Origin: Octopus sinensis | Taxonomy: Eukaryota | NCBI RefSeq assembly: GCF_006345805.1 | Contig: NW_021828647.1 | Coordinates: 1-7,921, forward strand | DNA length: 7,921 nt | Reading direction: 5' to 3' | Part shown: positions 1-7,921 of the stretch, in pieces | Position numbering within the stretch: position 1 is the first letter of the stretch | How the letters are laid out: each line of letters opens with the position of its first letter | Notes under the pieces: generated by a model | What the model saw: only the letters and a program-made list of their open reading frames with translations | Database searches by the model: none | What the model was told of the DNA's origin: nothing | Position numbers and translations under genes: made by a program

Positions 1-245
1 ACCACCACCACCACCACCACCACCACCACCACCACCACCACCAAACCACACCACCACCAAAACCACCACACCACCACCACCACCACCACCACCACCACCA
101 CCACCACCACACCACCACCACCAACCACCACCACCACCACCACCACCACCACCACCACCACCACCACCACCAAAAACACCACCACCACACCACCACCACC
201 ACCACCACCACCAAAACCACCACCACCACCAAAACCACCACCACC
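1..245. repeat. (ACC)n trinucleotide microsatellite, imperfect, runs off the window start
   Basis: Directly visible ACC array with occasional AAA/AC interruptions. A short (CAG)6 follows at 275-292. Confidence 0.97.
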
Positions 246-484
246 ATTATCATCGCTGTCGTCATCATTAACAACAGCAGCAGCAGCAGCAGCAACATTA
301 GACAATGAATTCATTGCGAAATGAAGTAAAGCAGAATGTTTTTGAGTGGAGCAGACGATATGGGGACGGCCATGTTATCACAGGATGAATATGTTGCTAT
401 GGGTTGACCGGAGAGGAGAAAAAAACAACATCAACAACAACAAGAACAACATAGAAATATAACGCACAAAAACACCCAAACTAA

Positions 485-651
485 CACACATAAACACGCA
501 CACACACATATATACATTTATATATATATATATACACAGGTACACACAAGCACACATTTTTATGTGATATATGTGTGTGTGTGCGTGCGTATGTATACGT
601 ATAATAATATTTATTTATATTATATGTATATATGAATATAACTATATATAC

Positions 652-707
<56 letters not shown>

Positions 708-789
708 ATATATGTGTATATTACATATTATATACATACACACAGACATATATATGCATGTATATATATATACATATATATATGCATAC

Positions 790-842
<53 letters not shown>

Positions 843-1074
843 CGCGCGTGTGTATATATGCATATATGTATGTATATATTATATGTGTGTGTGATTGTGT
901 GTGTTTGTGTTTATGTTTATATATATATATTTTAATAATCACTCACACCTTGATATATAATCACAAATATATACAGAAAAAAAACCCGCCGCACATACAT
1001 ACATACATACACATACTTATTTACACACTGAAATGCACACACGCACACACACATACACACGCACGCGCGCGTGC
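485..1074. repeat. Compound TA/CA/TG/CATA low-complexity microsatellite field
   Basis: Pure AT run at about 656-699, further TA runs at about 794-842, and CA/CG alternation at 1035-1074. Confidence 0.95.
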
Positions 1075-1084
1075 TCAAACTCAC

Positions 1085-1261
1085 ATAATGATATAGAGAC
1101 AAATAGTAAAAGAAATAGTAAAAAATTTACAACTAAGATGGCGGTCAAGTTATTTTCATAAATTAAATTCACATCTCTAGCGTAAAGTAGTTGGGTATTG
1201 GAAAGAAACTGCTTGAATAGGTGATGCCAGGCAGCATTAGATATGGTTTTGAAGTAGTCTT
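1085..1261 (-). CDS. Candidate internal exon (phase 1-1): [59 protein letters not shown]
   Basis: Non-repetitive island with 58 open codons, a weak acceptor (TGTGTTAAG|) and a strong donor (TTAT|GTGAGT). It ends in a hydrophobic stretch. No homology recognised. Confidence 0.15.
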
Positions 1262-1314
1262 CTTAACACAATCAATAATTTGGTAGTGAGTGAGAGAGAG
1301 GTAGTTAGGGAGGA

Positions 1315-1453
1315 ATATATATACATATATATATGTGTGTGTATATATATGTATTTGTGTATATATACGTATATATGTGTATATGTATATGCGTATGTCG
1401 TATATGCGCGTGTGTGTATGTGTGTATGTATGCGTGTATGTATATGGTGATAA

Positions 1454-1496
<43 letters not shown>
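1315..1496. repeat. TA/TG degenerate microsatellite followed by (GA)19
   Basis: TATG/TGTG mixture at 1315-1445 and a pure GA run at 1459-1496. Confidence 0.95.
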
Positions 1497-1500
<4 letters not shown>

Positions 1501-1570
1501 AGAGAGGATAAAGAAGGAGCACGCAGAAAAATGTAGGAGTTAAAGAGTAGAGGAGTATGGTACAATGTAA

Positions 1571-1736
<166 letters not shown>

Positions 1737-1860
1737 AAAGGAGATAGGCAGAGGAGGACAAGAATTAATTATCACTCTTCCTCTTTCTCTTTCTCTCTTC
1801 ATACACACATACTGATATACACATATGCATATATATATATAAACATACATGCTTATATGC

Positions 1861-1866
1861 ATCTAT

Positions 1867-1958
<92 letters not shown>
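1861..1958 (-). repeat. (ATCT)n array, i.e. GATA repeat on the minus strand
   Basis: About 22 perfect ATCT units at 1869-1956 plus degenerate flanking units. Confidence 0.97.
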
Positions 1959-2043
1959 TTCTATGTATATATTTACAGGCATACATGCAGATGTGCATGC
2001 ATACGTGCATACATACGCACGTACGTCTACATACATAGATACA

Positions 2044-2977
2044 TAGTGGTAGTGGTGATTGTGGTAGTGATGCCGTTGGTTGTTGTGATGGTAGTAGTGA
2101 TGGTATCATGGATGCAAGGATTTTGGTTGCATTGGTGTTTGAATTGATGGTAGTGATGCTGGTGGCTGTGGTGCTGGTGATAGAGTTGCTGGTGTTGGTG
2201 GTGTTGGTGGTAGTATAGTTGGTGGTGATATTGGTGTTGGTAGTAGTGGTATTGGTAGTAGTGGTATTGGTGGTAATAGTGTTGGTGGTAGTGGTGATGG
2301 TGGTAGTGGTGTCGGTAGTAGTGGTGTTGTGGTAGTGGTGTTGGTGGTAGTGGTGTTGGTGGTAGTGGTATTGGTGGTAGTGGTGTTGGTGGTTGTAGTT
2401 TTGGTGGTGATATTGGTGTTGATGGTAGTGGTGTTGGTGGTAGTGGTGTTGGTGGTTGTAGTTTTGGTGGTGATATTGGTGTTGGTGGTAGTGGTGTTGG
2501 TAGTAGTGGTGTTGGTGGCAGTGCTGTTGGTGGTAGTAGTTTTGGTGATGATATTGGTGTTGACGGTAGTGGTGTTGGTGGTGTTCGTGGTAGTGGTGAT
2601 GGTGGTAGTGGTGTTGGTAGTAGTGGTGTTGGTAGTAGTGGTGTTGGTGATAGTAGTGTTGGTGGTAGTAGTTTTGGTGGTGGTATTGGTGTTGGTGGTA
2701 GTGGTGTTGGTGGTAGTGGTGTTGGTGGTAGTGGTGATGGTAGTAGTGGTGTTGGTAGTAGTGGTGTTGGTAGTAGTGGTGTTGGTGGTAGTGCTGTTGG
2801 TGATAGTAGTTTTGGTGGTAGTAGTTTTGGTGTTGATGGTAGTAGTGTTGGTGGTAGTGGTGTTGGTGGTTGTGGTGTTGGTAGTAGTGGTGGTGGTGGC
2901 AGTGCTGTTGGTGATAGTGGTGTTGGTGATAGAGCTGCTGGTGGTAGTGATATGGTGGTAGTGGTGTTGGTGGTGGT
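2044..2977. repeat. GGT-derived minisatellite, 15-bp consensus GTGGTGTTGGTGGTA, with higher-order variant blocks
   Basis: The 15-bp period is clear from about 2230 to 2970. The variant block GTAGTTTTGGTG(G/A)TG(A/G)TATTGGTGTTG recurs at 2395, 2458, 2536 and 2668. Degenerate GGT/GTT-rich sequence continues to about 3375. Confidence 0.93.
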
Positions 2978-3866
2978 TTAGCTGTAGGTGATAGTATGGG
3001 CAATGATGATATTAGCGTCGGTGTTGATTGGTTGTGGTGCCAGAAGTAATTCTGTTGACGGTGATGGTATTGGTGGTAGGGATGTTGTTGACTGTGTGGG
3101 TTGAAGTAGAGGTGTTAGTGATAGCAATCTCAATGGTATTAGTGTTGTTGTTGTTGTTGTTGTGGCTGGTGGTGGTGGTCATGTTATTCCTGATAGCGAT
3201 GTCGGTGGTGGTTGTGATGGATCATGGTGGTGCTAGCGGTTGTGTCCTTTTGATAGTTGCGCGCTATTGGTGATAGCAGCCAGTGTTGATTGTGTGTGGG
3301 TATTGGTAGTTGTGGTATGGGTGGCAATTGAGTAGGTGGTGGTGGTAGTGGCGGCAGTAGTGGCGGCGGTAGTGATTTTTAGCGGTAACGGTTGGTATTA
3401 ATGACAATAAATGTTACAAAATAACAACAACGAAAAGAAGCAAATACTATAAAACCTAAAAAAAACAAAACAAAAAAAACGAAAACATATACCAATAAAA
3501 CTAGCAAACTGAACAAATAGGGAGGCGATTGGGGGGGGGGAGACGGTGTAAAAAGACCATCTAAAACAGAGCGGTTTTATTGAACTCTAACTCTCCCTCC
3601 ATATACGACAACAATCACCATCACCGCCATTGCCGCCACTTGCTATTTTGTTTATTTATTTCTTCATTTATTGCGTTGGCGGCCATTTTCTCGTGAAATA
3701 ATGTTCATTAAAAGGAAAAAAAAAAAATACGACGAAGAATCAATGAAAATGTATTAAAGTGAATCTGTGTTTGTCACAGGTTGCAAGTTGGTGGCTGTGA
3801 AGACTTTCATATTAACAAAGAGAATAAAAAAATTAAAAAAAAAACCCCACCAAAAAAAAACTGGGC

Positions 3867-4020
3867 ATGTTGTTGATTATTGCTGGTGCTACTACTGGTG
3901 TTATTGGTGGTGGAGGTGATGGTGGTGGTGGTGTTTGTAGTGGTGATGGTGATGAGGGTGATGATGGTAATGGTGGTTGTAGTACTGGTGGTGATGACGA
4001 AGATGATGGTGATGATGGTA
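3867..4020. repeat. Degenerate (GGT/GAT)n trinucleotide tract
   Basis: Runs of GGT, GAT and TGG triplets. A TA/CG tract follows at about 4075-4177. Confidence 0.85.
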
Positions 4021-4145
4021 TAGAGAATGGCGACAGTCAACATGAATAATGTTGATGCTGGTGAAAAGAAAGGCTATATATGCGTGTGCGTGCGCGCACG
4101 TGTATATATATATATATGCATACATATATAGATATCTATTGATAA

Positions 4146-4177
<32 letters not shown>

Positions 4178-4344
4178 GTCACTGAACCTCCCAAAAACTA
4201 GAAACCATTAATTATTATATATTGCTATAATAGATTATATTAATCATCACTGAATTATTCCTCAACCAATATCAATAAATGTAATCACAATAGACCATGA
4301 ACACCGAAAAACTTTGTTCAACCATTTCGGGATTGAAGGAAAAT

Positions 4345-4502
4345 TCAGAATGAAGTGAACCCAACGTATAAAAGATTCACCAACACCCATATCAAACATA
4401 TATTCCCATCATCAGCTGCATAATGAATATCACTATGGTTTCGGCACTTGGGCGGTGCCATTCGACAGACGGTGTCAGAAGCATTAAAAACGTACACACT
4501 GC
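4345..4502 (-). CDS. Candidate exon; phase-1 reading xSVYVFNASDTVCRMAPPKCRNHSDIHYAADDGNICLIWVLVNLLYVGFTSF*
   Basis: Acceptor CTTGTCTATTTATTCCAG|G (AG at 4504-4503), in a more GC-balanced unique island. 51 open codons to TGA at 4347-4345. The phase-0 frame is also open for 36 codons. No homology established. Confidence 0.25.
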
Positions 4503-4614
4503 CTGGAATAAATAGACAAGCACCGGGGAACGAAACACTGTTGTCATATACTTAATACGCCCATACGTGCTTATTATAATAACATCGAATATTAAGAAAA
4601 TAGAATTCGCTTAC

Positions 4615-4694
4615 AACCATAAAAGTAGAGATTAAAAAGCAGTATCTATAAAAGAGAAATTCCTCGCACAAAGACATTGTGTATCCAAAATATA
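4615..4694 (-). CDS. Candidate small exon (xYFGYTMSLCEEFLFYRYCFLISTFMV); alternative acceptor gives a 31-nt exon 4645-4615
   Basis: Acceptors GTTCTGTTTTGTACAG| and TTTCTCTTTTATAG|, donor GTT|GTAAGC. Only one frame is open across the 80 nt. Confidence 0.18.
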
Positions 4695-4766
4695 CTGTAC
4701 AAAACAGAACTAGCGAAGTAAACGTGCGTGTGCCTCTCTCACACATTCTCTCTCGCTCTCTCTCCC

Positions 4767-4804
<38 letters not shown>

Positions 4805-4805
<1 letters not shown>

Positions 4806-5205
4806 GAGCAAAAGGCTCCCCCCCCGTCCAATCGACGGTGCTGAGTTGTCAAAAATGTAAACCAAATTTTCTCAAAACAACTTGTCCGACCGTCCCATAG
4901 GCCTCTCTTTTGAGAAACAATGATGTAACCTAAATTTGAGACACCAGCAAAAGAAGAAATAAATACTTTTTCTATTCCAAAGAAAAACGATTTTATTCTC
5001 TTTATCGATCGCATTCTCACTTGGAATCGATTTTTGTAAATTTTTCAAGACTTATACACGCCCTGATACCGTCGGTATCTACATATCAAATTTGAGCGCA
5101 ATCGGATGGAGGATGCCCCAAGATCCTAGAAGATACACTCACAGACAGGCAGAACATATTTTATATAATACAAACATATATATCATATATATATATATAT
5201 ATAGA
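4805..5205 (-). mobile_element. Probable non-autonomous Helitron (~400 bp) inserted in a (TA)n tract
   Basis: On the minus strand: 5' A^TCTATATATA...ATATAAAATATGTTCTGCCTGTCTGT, and a 3' GC-rich hairpin (CCGTC-N5-GACGG, 4824-4838) 15 nt before the terminal CTCG^T (one mismatch from CTAG). Flanked by A and T, as expected for Helitron insertion. The plus-strand CATATCAAATTTGAGCGCAATCGG...ACAGACAG segment resembles Lep1-type Helitrons from memory. Confidence 0.6.
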
Positions 5206-5305
5206 TATATATATATATATATAATATATATATATATATATGTATACACATACACATCATTAAAAAGTATGAAAGTATGAAAGATGAATATATCTATTTA
5301 CTCAC

Positions 5306-5362
5306 TTGATATTCTTAGGGTTACAGCTGTTTCACAGACTTCTTCATGTAGTAATAATTTCA
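5306..5362 (-). CDS. Candidate 57-nt symmetric exon (phase 1-1): xKLLLHEEVCETAVTLRIS
   Basis: Acceptor AATTTTATTCCACAG| and consensus donor CAA|GTGAGT. Only one frame is open and the length is a multiple of 3. Confidence 0.25.
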
Positions 5363-5505
5363 CTGTGGAATAAAATTGTTTACATAGATTGCATTAATAC
5401 GCAAGCTATGCGTTATACAGTACAATTCTATATTCACAAATCAATGCAAATAAAAAAAGCAAGCCTACCACATCACCAGAACGTCGTGGTTACACAATAT
5501 ATATA

Positions 5506-5724
5506 TTCTTGTTTTAAACTAGTTTCACTCATTTGACTGTGGCCATGCTGGAGTACAGCCTTTAGTCGAACAAATTGAACTCAAGACTTATTCTTTGTAA
5601 GCCTATTATTTATTCTATCGTTCTTTTTCCCGAACCACTAAGTTACAGGGGCGTAAACACGCCAGTATCGGTTGTCATGCGATTGTGAGGGGACAAACAG
5701 AGACACACAAATACATACATACAT
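5506..5724 (-). mobile_element. Octopus-type tRNA-derived SINE, copy A (3' half only)
   Basis: Aligns by eye with 7437-7650 (GACTG..., TTTAGTCGAA, TAAGCCTA..TTATTCTATC, CCGAACC.CTAA, GGGGACAAA) and with 6255-6340. It stops at the internal CATA microsatellite and lacks the tRNA head. Confidence 0.88.
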
Positions 5725-5944
5725 GTGTGTGTCTATATATAATTATAAATAAGGACAAAAAGAAAAAAATTCTTTGACAGTATACTGAAAACACGTGGTG
5801 TAATAATATAAGTGAAAATATTTTATGTGGTTAAACAATTTAAAGTCTATTGTTTAGCATAGTGGCAAAGAAAAAAATTGTTTTCCCTTGTTTATAATTG
5901 TATTTATAATTTTCACGTTAAAAGGTAATTTTCATATGTGGGCC

Positions 5945-6235
5945 ACCGGAAATTTCCAGAAAATGCTCGGAAACTTCCAGGAAGTTATACCCTGGGAACT
6001 TTCGAGGAAATCATCGGAACTTTCTAGAAAGGCCCATGCTCGGAACTTTCTAGGAGGTCCCTAACCTCGGAACTTTTCAGGAAATCCTCGGAAATTTCCA
6101 GGAAGACTCAATCCTCGAAATTTTTCATGAAATCTTCGAAAATTTCCAAGAAGTTCTATCCTCAGAACTTTCCAGAAAGTCCCAATCATCGTAAGTATCC
6201 AGAAAGTCATCGTCATTTTCCAGGAAGTCCCATTG
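5945..6235. repeat. 12-unit minisatellite with mixed 21 and 26-27 bp units, core CTCGGAAMTTTCCAGRAA
   Basis: Unit starts at 5945, 5966, 5992, 6013, 6039, 6066, 6087, 6114, 6135, 6161, 6188 and 6209. Spacings are 21, 26, 21, 26, 27, 21, 27, 21, 26, 27, 21. Confidence 0.9.
5948..6226. promoter_or_regulatory. Cluster of putative HSF (nGAAnnTTCnnGAAn), STAT (TTCnnnGAA) and Rel/kB-like motifs within the minisatellite
   Basis: Perfect HSE cores at 5949-5961, 6017-6029 and 6165-6177. TTCN3GAA at 5975, 6001, 6096, 6144 and 6218. GGAAATTTCC at 5948 and 6090. The motif matches are direct; function is untested. Confidence 0.3.
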
Positions 6236-6254
6236 ACCAACTCCTGCATATATA

Positions 6255-6519
6255 TAAGTTACGGGGACGTAAACGCACCAGAATCGGTTGTCAAGCGATG
6301 TTGTGGGGACAAACAGACACACAGACATACATACATACGTATATATACATATATTCGACGGGCTTCTTTCAGTTTCCCTCTACCAAATCCTCTCACAAAT
6401 CTTTGGTCGGCCCGAGGCTATAGTAGAAGATACCTGCCCAAGGTGCCACGCAGTGAAACTGAACATGGAACCATCTGGTTGGGAAGCAAGCTACTTACCA
6501 CACAGGTACTCTTGCGCCT
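6255..6519 (-). mobile_element. Octopus-type tRNA-derived SINE, copy B (5' head and body, 3' tail missing)
   Basis: Minus strand begins AGGCGCAAGAGTACCTGTGTGGTAAG (degenerate A box). B-box-like GTTCAGTTTC at 6464-6455, then CORE-like ACCTTGGGCAGGT. Colinear with 7575-7843. Confidence 0.9.
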
Positions 6520-6576
6520 ATACATGTATATAATTGTATATGGATGTATACACCCCCCACACATATATATATATAT

Positions 6577-6611
<35 letters not shown>

Positions 6612-6773
6612 CATACACACATATACGCATAAATACATGTGTATGTGTATATATTGATATATATATATTATACATAAATATCAATATATATGTATGATAT
6701 ATATTTATATATATCAATATATACATATACGGATACGCATATATATATATATATGTGTGTGTGTATGTGTGTC

Positions 6774-6806
<33 letters not shown>

Positions 6807-7040
6807 ATACATACATACAAATATACACATGTATATATGTATGTATGCATGCATATATGAATATAAATATTTATCTATCTATCTATATCTATATCTGTAT
6901 ATATATATACATATACATATACGTATATACGTACATATAAATATATATATATGTACAAAAAACAAATACACATCATGCATAATAATATACACTCTATCAC
7001 GCACACACACGTGTGTGCCCATGCACACACAGACACACAC
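6520..7040. repeat. Compound TA/CA/TG/ATCT low-complexity field
   Basis: Near-continuous alternating purine-pyrimidine dinucleotide repeats. Confidence 0.95.
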
Positions 7041-7192
7041 TGCCACCCATCTACGCATACCACACTTCCAAAGTCACAACGTCAACCACTTGACTTCTGT
7101 GGAATCAATCTTCTGTTCTTAAAAATAAAGTAATGTTACAAAGATTAAGCAAACGTAATGAATCAAACTGGAGTTAGACATGTCGAAACCAT

Positions 7193-7273
7193 AGCAGCAG
7201 CAGCAGCAGCAGCAGAAGCAGGAACAGCTGCAGCAGCAATAGTGACAACAACTGCAACAACAACAACAACAAC
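7193..7273. repeat. (CAG)n/(CAA)n compound trinucleotide repeat
   Basis: CAG run from 7195 grading into a CAA run ending at about 7272. Confidence 0.9.
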
Positions 7274-7436
7274 TACGCTGGAGAACATTAAAAATCAAAA
7301 CACTGGCGTTCATAATCTTTCGTAATACACTGCGATATATTCGAACATGAATCTGCTAATCCGCTGGTGAACTTTGCTCAGGGAGACAACAAGTTTTCCT
7401 TTCAGATAATGTGTATTCAGAGCAAAGAACGTTACC

Positions 7437-7639
7437 TTTTACTTGTTCATTAGACTGCAGTCTTGATGAGGCACTGCGCGAAGGATTTTAGTCGAATGAA
7501 AATAAACCGACCCTGTACACATTTTCTTCTGTTTAAGCCTAGTACTTATTCTATCACTCTCTTTTGCCGAACCGCTAATTTGCAGGGACGGAAACACATC
7601 AATATCGATTGTCAAATTGGTGGTGGGGGACAAATACAG

Positions 7640-7684
<45 letters not shown>

Positions 7685-7843
7685 AGAGTGACCTCTTGTA
7701 GTTTCCGTCTAATAAATCTATTTATAAGGCTTTGGTCTCCCTCAAGCCTATAGCAGAAGATACTTTCCCAAGGTGCTACGCATTGGGACTGAACTCGGGA
7801 CCACATGGTTGGGAAGCAAGCTTCTTACCGCACAGCCGCTTCT
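7437..7843 (-). mobile_element. Octopus-type tRNA-derived SINE, copy C (near full length, diverged) with internal (CA)18
   Basis: Minus-strand head GCGGCTGTGCGGTAAG, B-box-like GTTCAGTCCC at 7794-7785, then ACCTTGGGAAAGT. Covers the regions seen in both copy A and copy B. CA run at 7647-7682. Confidence 0.9.
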
Positions 7844-7921
7844 AAATAGAACTACCTTGGCTCACGTGGTGTCTGTATATTTACTTTCTATATACCTTAC
7901 TTAACGTGAATATACTGCAGA

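Noticed and set aside
303-316. Perfect 14-bp palindrome CAATGAATTCATTG
   Set aside because: Isolated and AT-rich, with no associated element or repeat.
1951-3003. 350-aa His/Gln/Tyr/Thr-rich ORF as a real gene
   Set aside because: It starts at TTG rather than ATG and has no signal peptide. The repeat has essentially no minus-strand stop triplets in any frame. The ORF slips between Pro-, His- and Thr-rich registers, showing no frame constraint.
2329-3273. Poly-Val/Leu ORFs (2329-2961, 3028-3273) as membrane proteins
   Set aside because: These are direct translations of the GTG/TTG-rich repeat with non-ATG starts.
3780-3830. Plus-strand acceptor (TTTGTCACAG|G) followed by CKLVAVKTF, resembling the kinase VAVK motif
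   Set aside because: It runs straight into A-tracts with no donor or other kinase subdomains. A four-residue match is expected by chance.
5945-6235. CRISPR array, or coding repeat (PRKFPG-like or WDFLE-like peptides)
   Set aside because: Units are abutting and degenerate with no unique spacers and no cas genes, in a eukaryotic context. The 26-bp units break the reading frame and stop codons occur.
6440-6519. tRNA gene (also 7770-7843)
   Set aside because: The A/B boxes are degenerate, no convincing cloverleaf is visible, and the sequence continues into a shared SINE body.
7061-7117. Minus-strand exon candidate (TTTTTAAG|...GTG|GTATGC)
   Set aside because: All three frames contain stop codons over the 57 nt, so it could only be non-coding.
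7119-7313. Poly-Cys (metallothionein-like) ORF or plus-strand polyQ exon
   Set aside because: The Cys run is the reverse translation of the CAG/CAA microsatellite, and the Gln frame is interrupted by TAG TGA.
7424-7858. Possible target-site duplication around SINE copy C (AGAACGTTACCTT vs AGAACTACCTT)
   Set aside because: The match is imperfect and the element boundaries are uncertain, so it cannot be distinguished from chance.

Overview
AT-rich eukaryotic genomic DNA dominated by simple repeats. It is most likely octopus (inferred from recognising the SINE family; not database-confirmed). There is no recognisable complete gene, and almost every ORF in the supplied track is a translation of microsatellite. 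Supportable features: large di-, tri- and tetranucleotide arrays; a ~930 bp GGT-derived 15-bp minisatellite with higher-order structure; three minus-strand copies of one tRNA-derived SINE (one near full length, two partial); a probable ~400 bp non-autonomous Helitron inserted in a TA tract; and a 12-unit 21/26-27 bp minisatellite (5945-6235) whose units carry perfect heat-shock elements, STAT-type palindromes and kB-like palindromes. Several non-repetitive islands have minus-strand splice signals in compatible phases and could be exons of an unannotated gene, but this is low confidence. The best candidate for something new is the HSE/STAT/kB motif array. No novel system is demonstrated from sequence alone.
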